In this document: one piece after another, positions 27,209 through 36,617 of the stretch
How the letters are laid out: each line of letters starts with the position of its first letter
Position numbering within the stretch: position 1 is the stretch's first letter
DNA from: Planctomycetales bacterium
Lineage (GTDB): Bacteria; Planctomycetota; JAKEIC01
Reading direction: 5' to 3'
DNA length: 64,000 nt
NCBI GenBank assembly: GCA_022614695.1
Contig: JAKEIC010000342.1
Coordinates: 4,012 to 68,011 of the forward strand
Notes under the pieces: model-generated
What the model was told of the DNA's origin: nothing
The model's input: only the letters and a program-made list of their open reading frames with translations
Database searches by the model: none
Made by a program: the position numbers and the translations under genes

Positions 27209-29059
27209 TCACCTCCTTGCGCGGACCGACTCCAGGAGCTGCGCCACGAGCGCGTAGTTCCCGAACGGCGTGGGGACGTAGATCCCGGGGAACCTCCGCA
27301 GAACCTCCGCCGCGACGTCGGAGGCGATCGCGAGGCCTTCGTCGGCCGCGTGGTCGGGGTCCGCGGCCGCCATCCGCTTCCGGACCGCCTCCGGGACGTG
27401 GATGCCGGGGACCTCGTTGTGGAGGAACTCGGCGTGGCGGGCGGAGACGAGCGGGAGGACCCCCGGGAGGACCGGGACCCCGAGCGAGGCCGTCGCCGCC
27501 GCGAAGGGCGCGACCCGCTCGGGCTCGAAGATCGGCTGGGTGAGGACGAACTTCGCGCCCGCGGCGATCTTCCGCCCGAGACGCCGGAGCGTCCCGTCGA
27601 GGGGCTCGGCGAGCGGGTCGAGCCCCACCCCGACGACGAACCGGCCCCTCGCCCCGAGCGGCACGCTCGCCGGGGAGAGGCCGCGGTTCATCGCGCCGGC
27701 CATCTCGACGATCCCGGCCGCCGTCAGGTCGTAGACGAGCGTCGCCGGCGCCATCGCCCCCGCGCCGGGAGGGTCGCCGGTCGTCACGAAGAGGTATCGG
27801 ACCGCGAGCGCATGGAGGCCGAGCAGCTCCGACTCGATCGCGAGGTGGTTCCGGTCGCGGCCCGTCACGTGGACGAGGGGCTCGGGACCGCTCTCGCGCC
27901 GGAGGATCGCGGCGATCGCCAGCGGGGAGACGCGCGGCGCGCCGAGCGGGTTGTCGGGGATCCTCGCGAGCTGGACGCCGGCCGACGAGAGGAGCCTCGC
28001 CCCCTCGAGGACCCGCGCGGTGTCGAGCCCCCGAGGCGGCACGAGGTCGGCGACCACCACGGGGCCGCGCCCGTCGAACACCGTCGGCTCGGGCCTCTCG
28101 CGGACGGGAGCGACGTTCGTCACGTCCTCCGTCCGGGCGACCGCCGCCGCGCGGCGCGTCCCGGGCGCGAGCCCCCGCACGGCCTCCGCGATGGCCCGGA
28201 CGTCGCGGGGCGTCGTCCCGCAGCAGCCGCCGACGAGGCTCGCCCCCGCCCGGACGAGTTCCACGGCCGACGCGGCGAGGTACTCCGGCGTCGTGTCGTA
28301 GACGTAGCGCCCTCCGACGAGCCGCGGGAGGCCCGCGTTCGGATAGGCGCTGAGCGGACCGGGGAGCGCGGCCCCCAGCTCGCGGAGGACGAGCAGAGTC
28401 TCGCGGGGTCCCTTCCCGCAGTTGGCCCCGACCACCGAGGCGCCCGCGCGGGAGAGGGTCTCGAGCGCATGGACAGCCTCCGCGCCCCGGAGGGTGCGCC
28501 CGCCCTCGAAGAACGCCATCTGCGCGACGACCGGGAGCCCCGTCCCGCGGGCCGTCCGGAGCGCCAGCAGGGCCTCGTCCAGGTCGGAGAATGTCTCGAG
28601 GATGAGGAGGTCCGCGCCCCCTTCGGCGAGGGCCTGCGCCTGCTCGCGGAAGATCTCCTCGCGCTGCGCATCGGGGAGGGGCGACTCTCCGGGCCGCGGG
28701 GGGGTGAGGGGTCCCATCGCGCCGGCCACGAAGACGCCCGTGCCGGCCGCCTCCCGGGCGAGCCGGGCCGCCGCGAGGTTCACGTCCCGCGGGGCCGCCG
28801 AGGAGCCCCGCCGGGCGAGGCGGTCCCGGTTCGCGCCGAAGGAGTTCGTCTCGATCACGTGGGCGCCGGCCGCCACGTAGTCCAGGTGCACGGCCCGCAC
28901 CGCCTCCGGGTGGGCGAGGCTGAGCTCCTCGAAGCAGACCGTGAACGGGAATCCCCGCTCGTGAAGGAGGGTCCCCATGGCGCCGTCCCCGACGAGGATC
29001 CCCCGCCTCAACCGCTCGAGGAATTCCGCGCCGCGCGCCATCGGGCCGGAGTGTATCAC
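27209..29059 (-). CDS. bifunctional homocysteine S-methyltransferase / methylenetetrahydrofolate reductase
   Basis: The N-terminal half is an Hcy-binding domain (GDGAMGT, ETNSFGAN, GGCCGTTP). The C-terminal half is MetF-like (GRDRN...LFVTTGDPP, LTQPIF). Confidence 0.85.
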   Translation of the reverse strand: MIHSGPMARGAEFLERLRRGILVGDGAMGTLLHERGFPFTVCFEELSLAHPEAVRAVHLDYVAAGAHVIETNSFGANRDRLARRGSSAAPRDVNLAAARLAREAAGTGVFVAGAMGPLTPPRPGESPLPDAQREEIFREQAQALAEGGADLLILETFSDLDEALLALRTARGTGLPVVAQMAFFEGGRTLRGAEAVHALETLSRAGASVVGANCGKGPRETLLVLRELGAALPGPLSAYPNAGLPRLVGGRYVYDTTPEYLAASAVELVRAGASLVGGCCGTTPRDVRAIAEAVRGLAPGTRRAAAVARTEDVTNVAPVRERPEPTVFDGRGPVVVADLVPPRGLDTARVLEGARLLSSAGVQLARIPDNPLGAPRVSPLAIAAILRRESGPEPLVHVTGRDRNHLAIESELLGLHALAVRYLFVTTGDPPGAGAMAPATLVYDLTAAGIVEMAGAMNRGLSPASVPLGARGRFVVGVGLDPLAEPLDGTLRRLGRKIAAGAKFVLTQPIFEPERVAPFAAATASLGVPVLPGVLPLVSARHAEFLHNEVPGIHVPEAVRKRMAAADPDHAADEGLAIASDVAAEVLRRFPGIYVPTPFGNYALVAQLLESVRARR

Positions 29060-29117
29060 GCCTCCCCTCCCACCCCGGGGCGGGTTCCCGGCCCTGGCGC
29101 GACGGCGCGAGCGCGGT

Positions 29118-29123
29118 TAGGAT
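29118..29123 (+). promoter_or_regulatory. TAGGAT -10-like hexamer upstream of the rhodanese gene
   Basis: Read directly: gcggtTAGGATtccgaaa. It is followed by a hairpin and a GGAGGAGG Shine-Dalgarno sequence before the ATG at 29167. Confidence 0.35.
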
Positions 29124-29130
29124 TCCGAAA

Positions 29131-29149
29131 CCGGACCGGGTCGGTCCGG
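29131..29149 (+). promoter_or_regulatory. perfect 8-bp hairpin (CCGGACCG ggt CGGTCCGG) in the presumed 5' UTR
   Basis: Read directly. It lies between the -10-like hexamer and the SD sequence of the 29167 gene. Confidence 0.3.
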
Positions 29150-29166
29150 GATCCGGAGGAGGCCCC

Positions 29167-29709
29167 ATGACCACGCGAACACGGGAGATCACGCCGAAGT
29201 CCACGATGGGCGAGGTGCTGGAGACCTATCCGAGCGCCAAGCGCGCGCTCTTCCAGGCCTACCACATCGGAGGCTGCCATAGCTGCGGCTACGAGCTCGG
29301 CGAGGCGCTCGAGAACGTCTGCGCGAGCCACGGGCTCGAGGACGTCTCCGAGGTGATCGAGTTCATCAAGAAGAGCCAGGAGCAGGACGACAAGGTCCAG
29401 GTCTCGGCGCGCGAGGTGGCCGAGATGGTGCGGAGCCGGGTGCCGTTCAAGTTCCTGGACGTGCGGAGCGAGGAGGAATGGCAGGTCGCCAAGATCTCGG
29501 GCGCGCAACTCGTCACCGAGCAGCTCGTGCAGGAGATCATGACGAGCTGGCCCAAGGACACGACGATCGTCGTCCACTGCCACCACGGGATGAGGAGCCT
29601 CGACGCAGCGAGCTACCTGATCGGGCACGGCTTCCAGAACGTCCGGAGCCTCGCGGGGGGGATTGATGCCTGGTCCCGCGAGGTGGATCCCACCGTCCCC
29701 ACTTATTAG
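29167..29709 (+). CDS. DUF1858-like redox-disulfide domain fused to rhodanese sulfurtransferase domain
   Basis: The N-terminus has GGCHSCG. The rhodanese half has FLDVRSEEEW and an active-site loop CHHGMRS. Confidence 0.85.
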   Translation: MTTRTREITPKSTMGEVLETYPSAKRALFQAYHIGGCHSCGYELGEALENVCASHGLEDVSEVIEFIKKSQEQDDKVQVSAREVAEMVRSRVPFKFLDVRSEEEWQVAKISGAQLVTEQLVQEIMTSWPKDTTIVVHCHHGMRSLDAASYLIGHGFQNVRSLAGGIDAWSREVDPTVPTY

Positions 29710-29821
29710 GTCCTGTAACGTTTCGTGACGCCGGTAGGCCGGGCCCGAGCCGCGGGTGCATATTCCCGTTGCGCGCCCCTTGCCACTTGCCTGGGGAGCT
29801 CTCCGGCCCGGGGCGTGCTAC

Positions 29822-29850
29822 TTGGCAGGAAGAACACGTGGTCCTAGAAT
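29822..29850 (+). promoter_or_regulatory. sigma70-like promoter TTGGCA-N17-TAGAAT
   Basis: Read directly: cTTGGCAggaagaacacgtggtccTAGAAT. It lies about 41 nt upstream of the ATG at 29892, which has a GGAGGA SD sequence. Confidence 0.5.
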
Positions 29851-29891
29851 GGCCACTCCCCCGGATGCGCCGGGGGCCCAGGAGGAATGCC

Positions 29892-31403
29892 ATGAGGAAT
29901 TCTCGAAGCGAGCGCGGGGCGATCCTGATCATCGTCATGATCATGATCATGGTCGTCGCGGGCATGTCCGCCGCTCTCCTGCACGTGGCGATGGCGCAGG
30001 CGAAGACCGCCGAGAGCGCCTGGTACCAGGCCAAGTCGCTCGAGCTGGCGGAGACGGGGATTGACCGCGCCCGCTCCCTCCTCCAGGGCACCCCGCCCTC
30101 CGGGGTCACCTCGGCGAACGGGACGGCGTGGTCGTCGCTCCTCTCGACGACGGGCGGGACCGGCGCCTGGAACCCGACGAACGACGACGTGGGGCTCGAC
30201 GGGCAGTCCGCCACCAACGACTACGGCGAGAATGACGGCTACCCGACCCCGCCCTACCCGGCGCGCGGGACCGCGGCCCCGGGCGAGCCGAACATCACGC
30301 CGGTCCCGCTCGGCACCGTGAACTCGGTCGGCGCCGCGGACGACCACAACTGGACCCTCCACGCCCGGTGGTGGGGCGGCGACGGCGTGGACAACAACAA
30401 CGATGGCCAGGTGGACACCGACATCAACGAGACTCGTACCTACACGATCCGGGCGGCGGGGCTCTTCCAGGGCCAGTACGCCGAGCTCGAGTCGGTCGTG
30501 ACGCGCGACCCGCCCCAGCCCCCGATCAACCCCAGCAGCCCGCCGGCCGGGATGCTCTCGGCGATCTCGATCCAGGTCGCGGCGGGCGGCTACACGGGGG
30601 GGGCCAACAACGTGAACATCTTCAACCCCTCGGCCGCCAACAGCGTCTCGGGGTTCGACAACCCGACGAGCATCACGGGCGCGCAGGCTCCGAGCGCCAC
30701 GAACAACACGACCGGGGTCCAGCTCGCCGCGAACGGCGCCTCCCTCTCCCTCACGTCCAACAACACCTCGGGCGTGACCGGGACCGGCGGGACCCCCTCG
30801 TTCAACAACAGCGGCACGTACATCGGGAACATCGTGGACACGATCGCCGACGGCGTGAAGCTCGCGGCCCGCGACACGAGCGGGAACCCGAGCAGCGACG
30901 CCAACAACCAGAGCCTCGGCTCCCCGAGCAACCTGCGCCTCGTCTACCACGACGCGGACGCGAACGGCTCGCTGACGATCGGCGGCGCCTCCGGCCCGGG
31001 CTACGGGATCCTGGTCGTGGACGTGACCAACGCGAGCAGCCCTCCTCTCCAGTTCTCCGGCAGCAACAGCACCTGGGAGGGGGTCGTGATCGTGCGGATC
31101 AAGGGGACCGCCACCACGAACACGAACGGCTTCGTGAAGGCGGTCGGGGCGGGCTCGACTCCGGGGCAGATCGGGTCGGTCATCGTCTACGCGAAGGGGG
31201 CCGTGAACTACGGTGGCGGGTCGGACGACTTCTACAAGAACAACGGCAACCGGACGACGCAGTTCTCGATGGGCGCCGTGAGGGCGGCCCTGACGGCCTT
31301 CAACAACCAGGTGCCGCCCCCGCCCGCCCAGGCTCTCGTCACCCCGCTCACGTGGCGGCCGATCCGGGTGCCCGGCGCGCGGTGGGTGCAGGCGGGAGAG
31401 TAG
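29892..31403 (+). CDS. PilX-N-like (pseudopilin-type N-terminus) Asn/Thr/Ser/Gly-rich secreted protein
   Basis: GGAGGA lies 5 nt before the ATG. The N-terminus RSERGAILIIVMIMIMVVAGMSAALL resembles PilX_N or minor-pseudopilin anchors. The remainder is N/T/S/G-rich. Confidence 0.55.
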   Translation: MRNSRSERGAILIIVMIMIMVVAGMSAALLHVAMAQAKTAESAWYQAKSLELAETGIDRARSLLQGTPPSGVTSANGTAWSSLLSTTGGTGAWNPTNDDVGLDGQSATNDYGENDGYPTPPYPARGTAAPGEPNITPVPLGTVNSVGAADDHNWTLHARWWGGDGVDNNNDGQVDTDINETRTYTIRAAGLFQGQYAELESVVTRDPPQPPINPSSPPAGMLSAISIQVAAGGYTGGANNVNIFNPSAANSVSGFDNPTSITGAQAPSATNNTTGVQLAANGASLSLTSNNTSGVTGTGGTPSFNNSGTYIGNIVDTIADGVKLAARDTSGNPSSDANNQSLGSPSNLRLVYHDADANGSLTIGGASGPGYGILVVDVTNASSPPLQFSGSNSTWEGVVIVRIKGTATTNTNGFVKAVGAGSTPGQIGSVIVYAKGAVNYGGGSDDFYKNNGNRTTQFSMGAVRAALTAFNNQVPPPPAQALVTPLTWRPIRVPGARWVQAGE

Positions 31404-31744
31404 GGACGACGCTCGCGGACCAGGACTGCGTCCCCTGCAAGGGCGGGGTGCCGCCGCTCACGCCCGAGCAGATCGCGCCGCTCCTCGCGGAGCTCCCGGG
31501 CTGGAAGGTGGTCGAGAGCCGACACCTCCTCCGCGCCTTCCCCCTCAAGAACTTCGCGCAAGCCCTCGACCTCACGGTGAAGATCGGCGCCGTGGCCGAG
31601 CAGCAGAAGCACCACCCGGAACTCCGTCTCGGCTGGGGGATGGTCGAGGTGAAGATCTGGACTCACAAGATAAACGGCCTCACCGAGAGCGACTTCGTCC
31701 TCGCCGCCAAGTGCGACCGGGCCAGGGCGGCCCTCCCCTTCTAG
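31382..31744 (+). CDS. phhB: pterin-4-alpha-carbinolamine dehydratase
   Basis: PCD/DCoH pattern: CVPC..G..PLT..E...LL..LPGW........L.R.F.FKNF..AL....KIG..AE...HHPEL...WG.V.V...TH. The only in-frame start is the GTG at 31382, which overlaps the upstream gene by 22 nt. Confidence 0.75.
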   Translation: MGAGGRVGTTLADQDCVPCKGGVPPLTPEQIAPLLAELPGWKVVESRHLLRAFPLKNFAQALDLTVKIGAVAEQQKHHPELRLGWGMVEVKIWTHKINGLTESDFVLAAKCDRARAALPF

Positions 31745-32014
31745 GGGGACAGCGCCGGGCGCTCTCCCGGGGGACACAGCCGGGCACTGTCCCCAAAGCG
31801 GACGGACGCCCACGCGGTATCCGGTGCTGGCTACTTGATATGCCCCAAGGCCCCTCCCCCGGCGCACGGCTCACCTCGATACGTCCCAAGACGCTATCCG
31901 CCTTGAGGTTGGAGGGGTCACGGCCCGGGCTCTGAACGCCGGTCCTGGTACGGGGGTTGCGGAGCCACTCCATCAGAGATAGTGTCCCCTGACCCGGGGC
32001 AACGGGAGGTATCC

Positions 32015-33166
32015 GTGAATCGCGCCAAGTCCCGATGTGCCACTCTCCTGGCGAGCGCCCTCGTGCTCGGTCCGCTCGCCACGGGCGCGGCTGCCGACGA
32101 GACCCTCGTCCTGCGCAGCGGGAAGACCTTCACCGGCGAGGTCGCCGAAGTCGGCGGGGCGGTGGTGAAGTTCCGGACCGAGGGGGCGCTCCTCACGGTC
32201 GAGTTCGCCCAGGTCGAGCCGGGGAGCCTCTACAAGCTCCTCGCGCCGCGGACCGACGCGAAGAACGCCGAGGCTCGGTTCCAGCTCGGCGAGACCTGCG
32301 CCCGCTACGGCGCCTACGAGGAGGCCCGCGGCGAGTTCGAGGCCGCGCGCTCCCTCGACGCCTCGTTCCGGGACCGGGTCGAGGCGCGGCTCCGCGAGGT
32401 CTACCACCTGCAGGCCCAGGGGGTCTACAACCAGGGCCTCGAGGCGATGCTCGCGGCGGACTGGACCAAGGCGGTGGACGCCTTCCGCTTCGTCGCCGAC
32501 AAGTTCGCCGAGAGCGAGTGGGCCGAGAAGGCGAAGGAGCTGCAGGCCCGGGCGCTCGCCGAGCTGGAGAAGGCCGAGGCCCAGAAGAAGGCGGCGCCGG
32601 CGGCCCCCGCGCCCGCGGCGGGGAGCGGGCCGACGGCCCCCGCGACGGCGTCCGGGGCGCCGGAAGTGAAGAGGCGCCTCACGCGGGAGGAGGCCCAGAA
32701 GCTCCGGATCGAGACCCTCGTCAAGACGCTGCGCAAGAAGGCCGAGGACTGGTCGGCCGACGCCGACAAGAAGAACCGCGAGGGGCTCGAGTGGGACGCC
32801 AAGGGGAACGTCACCCGCGCCTCCCGCGGCTACGAGGAGGCCGTGGACCTCTCGCTCCGCGCCAAGAACGCGCTCGGCAAGACCGCCGGCGTCCAGTACT
32901 ACGCGACCGACCTCGCCGTCCTCGAGGAGGCCCAGAAGAAGACCGAGGCCATCAACGCCTACCTCGTCCTCGTCTACCTGAACCTCGCGAACCTGCACAC
33001 GGTCCAGCGCAACTTCGAGCGCGGCTGGGAGTACGTGAACCTCGCTCTCCAGCTCGACCCCACCAACAAGCGGGCGCTCGACCTGAAGCAGAAGATCACC
33101 GAGCAGAGGATCGTGCGGAAGGCTTCGGACATGACGAACGCCAGGCCGAAGGTGTCCGGCGGGTAG
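32015..33166 (+). CDS. secreted hypothetical protein with TPR-like/coiled-coil regions
   Basis: GGGAGG lies 6 nt before the GTG at 32015. It has a signal peptide (CATLLASALVLGPLATGAAAD). TAGTGT lies at 31980-31985 upstream. Confidence 0.55.
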   Translation: MNRAKSRCATLLASALVLGPLATGAAADETLVLRSGKTFTGEVAEVGGAVVKFRTEGALLTVEFAQVEPGSLYKLLAPRTDAKNAEARFQLGETCARYGAYEEARGEFEAARSLDASFRDRVEARLREVYHLQAQGVYNQGLEAMLAADWTKAVDAFRFVADKFAESEWAEKAKELQARALAELEKAEAQKKAAPAAPAPAAGSGPTAPATASGAPEVKRRLTREEAQKLRIETLVKTLRKKAEDWSADADKKNREGLEWDAKGNVTRASRGYEEAVDLSLRAKNALGKTAGVQYYATDLAVLEEAQKKTEAINAYLVLVYLNLANLHTVQRNFERGWEYVNLALQLDPTNKRALDLKQKITEQRIVRKASDMTNARPKVSGG

Positions 33167-33299
33167 CCCTTCCGTCGCGGCGGGCGTCTGCCTCGTTGCG
33201 GCCGGTTGCGCCGCGGCCGCTCCGGCCGGCGAGGACCGCCCCCGCGCCCTCCTCGAGCGGGGACTCGCGGCGCAAGGGGGACGCGAGGCGCTCGGCGCC

Positions 33300-33866
33300 G
33301 TGAGGACCCTCGTCGAGGAAGCCCGCGTCACGTGGCGGGGCCGGGACCTCTCCGTGACCACCTACCTCCGGTTCCCGGACTCCCTCCGCCAGGAGGTCCG
33401 CGGCGAGGGCTACGAGGGGACCTCGGTCCTGGTGGGCGACCGGGCGGTCTTCCGCCAAGGCCCTCTCGCGGGACCGCTCGCGCCCGAGGACGCCGCGCTC
33501 CTGCGCGAGCTGCGAAAGAACTGGGTCCCGCTCCTCGGGGCGGAGGGGGACGCCCTGGAAGCCCTCCCGCGCGAGACCCGGGGGGGACGCTCTTGCGACG
33601 CGATCCTTGCGCGCGATGCCCGCGGCCGCGCGCGGCGCTTCCTCCTCGACGCGGAGACCGGCCTCCTCGCCGCGGTCGTCGCACGGCCCGAGGCGCCCGG
33701 GACGCCCGAGGTCGAGTACTCCTACGGCGACTGGAGGCGGGTCGGGAGCCTCCTCTGGCCCCACGAGGTCCGGATCTCGACCGGAGGCGTCGTCACGAAG
33801 GAGATCCGGACCGTGAAGGTCGTTGCGAACGAGGACCTCCCCGGGGCGCTCTTCGAGATGCCGTAG
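33300..33866 (+). CDS. hypothetical protein (LolA-like / lipoprotein-sorting-fold guess); true start probably upstream
   Basis: The first canonical start is the GTG at 33300. However, the same frame is open from 33135 and encodes a lipoprotein-like signal (see findings). Confidence 0.45.
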   Translation: MRTLVEEARVTWRGRDLSVTTYLRFPDSLRQEVRGEGYEGTSVLVGDRAVFRQGPLAGPLAPEDAALLRELRKNWVPLLGAEGDALEALPRETRGGRSCDAILARDARGRARRFLLDAETGLLAAVVARPEAPGTPEVEYSYGDWRRVGSLLWPHEVRISTGGVVTKEIRTVKVVANEDLPGALFEMP

Positions 33867-33878
33867 CGGCCGGTCAAC

Positions 33879-33907
33879 TTGTCGAGCCCTCCCCAGTCCG
33901 CTACCCT
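33879..33907 (+). promoter_or_regulatory. TTGTCG-N17-TACCCT promoter-like element, 8 nt before GTG 33916
   Basis: Read directly. The geometry would give a leaderless or near-leaderless K2 transcript. Confidence 0.3.
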
Positions 33908-33915
33908 CGACTCCG

Positions 33916-36612
33916 GTGCCCTCCGCCGAAGACCTCGTCCTCGGACGGCTCGCGGTCGAGAAGGGGCTCGTCCCTGCGGAGACCGTCGAGAGGTGCCTCG
34001 CGGCGCGCGAGGAGGGGGCCGCTGAACCGCCCTTCTCCGAGGCGCTCGCCGCCGAGGCGAGACTCGACGGGGAGCAGCGAGCCGAGCTCGACGCCCTCGC
34101 CGTCCAGGCGAAGAAGGTCGCCACCCGGCGGATCCTGCGCGAGGACCAGAAGTTCGGGGAGCTGGCCGTGGCGCGCGGCCTGCTCAAGCGCGAGGCGCTC
34201 GAGGAGGCGCTCGCCTCCCAGCGGTCGCTCCTCGAGCGGGGCCTGAAGAAGCGCCTCGGGGCGCTCCTCGTCGGCCGCGGCGACTTGACGCCGGCGCAGG
34301 TGCGCGACGTGCTCGCGGCCAAGGAGGAGGCGATCCTCGCCTGTCCCGAGTGCCACGCCCGGTGGAACGTCTTCGGATTCGCCCCGGGCCGCAAGGTGGA
34401 CTGCCCCCGCTGCCACCGTACGCTCGCGACGACCGACGCCGGGGCCCCGGTGGACGTCGAGGACACCCTCATGCTCCCCTCGATCGAGGCGCTGGAGGAG
34501 GCCCGGCCGAAGGGTCGGCCGCCGCCCGGGCGGACGAGGCTCGAGGAGAAACGGGCGTTCGGCGACTACGAGATCGTGCGGGAGCTGGCCCGGGGGGGGA
34601 TGGGGATCATCTACGTGGCGCGCCAGAGGCGGCTCGGGCGGACGGTGGCGCTGAAGGTGCTCCTCGCGGGCGAGGGGGCGACCGAGGAGATGGTCGCGCG
34701 CCTGCACCACGAGGCGCAGGCGGCCGCCAAGCTCCGCCACCCCCGCATCGTCGCCGTCCACGACGTCGGGGTCCACGAGGGGTCGCACTACATCTCGATG
34801 GACCTGATCGAGGGGGAGACCCTCGAGAAGGTCCTGAAGGAGCAGGGCCACGTGTCGCCGAGGCGCGCCGCCGAGCTCGCCCGCGACCTCGCCGAGGCCC
34901 TCTCCTACGCGCACGGCGAGGGGATCGTGCACCGGGACTTGAAGCCGGCGAACGTCCTCCTCGACAAGGACGGCAACCCGTTCCTCACCGACTTCGGTCT
35001 CGCGAAGGACCTCACCTCCGAGAAGGGCCTCACGGGAGCCGGCGCGATCCTCGGGACGCCGGACTACATGTCCCCGGAGCAGGCCCGCGGGCAGGCCCGC
35101 AAGGTGGACGCGCGCAGCGACGTCTTCTCGCTCGGCGCGGTCCTCTACCACGCGCTCGCCGGGCGGCCGCCGTTCTTGGCGAAGACCTCCATGAAGACCA
35201 TGGCGAACGTCGTCTCGCGGGACCCGGAGCCCCCGAGCCGCGTGAACCCGGCGGTCCCCCGGGATCTGGACGCGATCGCGCGCCGGGCGCTCGAGAAGCG
35301 TCCGGGGGACCGCTACGCGACCGCGGGCGAGATGGCGGAGGACCTGGAGCGGTACCTCGCCGGCGAGCCGGTGGAGGCCGCGGCGCCGAGCCCGCTCCGG
35401 GACCTCCTGCGGAGGCTCCGGCGGGACCGGACGCTCCAGGTGACGCTCGGCGTCGGCGTGGCGGCGTGCGCGGCGGGCTCGATCGCCACCGGGCTCCTCC
35501 TCGGCGGCGGCGGGGGCGGGGCCGGCCCCGGCGGGAAGGCGGGGAGGCCGGCCTCGGCGGGGGGCTCCTCCGCGGCGGAGAGGGTCCCCGAGGCCCCGGC
35601 CCTGGACCTGGCCGGCGTCTTCCGGACCCGCCACGCCGCGGCGGAGGCCGCCACGGCCCGGGCCCTCGCGGCGCCCGCGGCCGACTTCGAGGCGCGCGAG
35701 AGCGCGCTCAAGGCCGCGTACCTCCAGTACGCCGACCTGCTCGAGCTCGCGAGGCGCGACCCCGACACGCGCAAGAGGATCGCGTCCGACGAGGGGCTCC
35801 GGAAGCTCGCCGACGTCGAGGGGAAGCTCTCCGACGTGCGCCGGCGCCTCTCCGACGTGCACGTGGACCGAGCCGCGTCGCGCGGGGCCGAGGCCGAATG
35901 GGCGGAGGCCGAGTACAGCGCCGCGCTCGCCGACCTCGCCCGCGCCGTCGAGGTGGACTCTCGGAACGGGAGGGCCTTCGCGCTTCGCGGCAAGCTCCGC
36001 GCGCTCCGGGGCTGGTCGGTGAAGTCGCGCCCGTGGCCGGGGGCCGACGAGACCCTCTGGGACCTCCGCAAGGCGATCGAGCACGAGCCGCGCGACGGGG
36101 CCTCCCACGCCTGGTACGCCGTCGCCCTCGCCGACGTCGGGAAGATCGCCGAGGCCCTCGCCGCCTGCGACGAGGCGGCACGCCTCGCCCCCCCGGGGGA
36201 GCCGGCGGTGCCGTACGCGCGGGGATGGGCGCAATTCCTCGTGGGCTCCGAAGGAGGCGAGGGCGCCGGGAAGTGCCTCGAGAGGGCGGAGGCCGAATTC
36301 CGGGCCGCCTGGGAACTCGCGCGGAAGTCGGTGGACCGCCTGCAGGCTGCCCGCGCGGCGGTGAACCTCGCGATGGTGCTCGACCAGAGGAAGCGCGCCG
36401 TCGAGGGGATCGCGGTCCTCGACGAGTTCCTCCGGGGGGTCGCCGACGACGACCGGGGGCGGTGGGCCGTCGAGGGGAGGGTCGTCCGGGGCTGGCTCCA
36501 CGAGAGCTCCGGGGCGCCGGCGAAGGCGCTCGCCGACTACGAGCGCGTGGTCGCCCTCGTCCCGAACCACCGGTTCGCGACGGAGAGGCTCCAGGCGCTC
36601 CGGGGGAAGTAG
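33916..36612 (+). CDS. Ser/Thr protein kinase with MshEN-like N-terminal repeats, Zn-ribbon, TM and TPR ectodomain (K2)
   Basis: MshEN-like 24-aa motifs at 34150-34323: KFGELAVARGLLKREALEEALASQ, a 10-aa spacer, then RLGALLVGRGDLTPAQVRDVLAAK. Zn-ribbon CPEC..CPRC. The kinase motifs are complete: GRGGMGIIY, VALKVL, HRDLKPANVLL, DFGLAK, SPEQ. A TM helix and TPR-like C-terminus follow. Confidence 0.9.
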   Translation: MPSAEDLVLGRLAVEKGLVPAETVERCLAAREEGAAEPPFSEALAAEARLDGEQRAELDALAVQAKKVATRRILREDQKFGELAVARGLLKREALEEALASQRSLLERGLKKRLGALLVGRGDLTPAQVRDVLAAKEEAILACPECHARWNVFGFAPGRKVDCPRCHRTLATTDAGAPVDVEDTLMLPSIEALEEARPKGRPPPGRTRLEEKRAFGDYEIVRELARGGMGIIYVARQRRLGRTVALKVLLAGEGATEEMVARLHHEAQAAAKLRHPRIVAVHDVGVHEGSHYISMDLIEGETLEKVLKEQGHVSPRRAAELARDLAEALSYAHGEGIVHRDLKPANVLLDKDGNPFLTDFGLAKDLTSEKGLTGAGAILGTPDYMSPEQARGQARKVDARSDVFSLGAVLYHALAGRPPFLAKTSMKTMANVVSRDPEPPSRVNPAVPRDLDAIARRALEKRPGDRYATAGEMAEDLERYLAGEPVEAAAPSPLRDLLRRLRRDRTLQVTLGVGVAACAAGSIATGLLLGGGGGGAGPGGKAGRPASAGGSSAAERVPEAPALDLAGVFRTRHAAAEAATARALAAPAADFEARESALKAAYLQYADLLELARRDPDTRKRIASDEGLRKLADVEGKLSDVRRRLSDVHVDRAASRGAEAEWAEAEYSAALADLARAVEVDSRNGRAFALRGKLRALRGWSVKSRPWPGADETLWDLRKAIEHEPRDGASHAWYAVALADVGKIAEALAACDEAARLAPPGEPAVPYARGWAQFLVGSEGGEGAGKCLERAEAEFRAAWELARKSVDRLQAARAAVNLAMVLDQRKRAVEGIAVLDEFLRGVADDDRGRWAVEGRVVRGWLHESSGAPAKALADYERVVALVPNHRFATERLQALRGK

Positions 36613-36617
36613 GCCCC

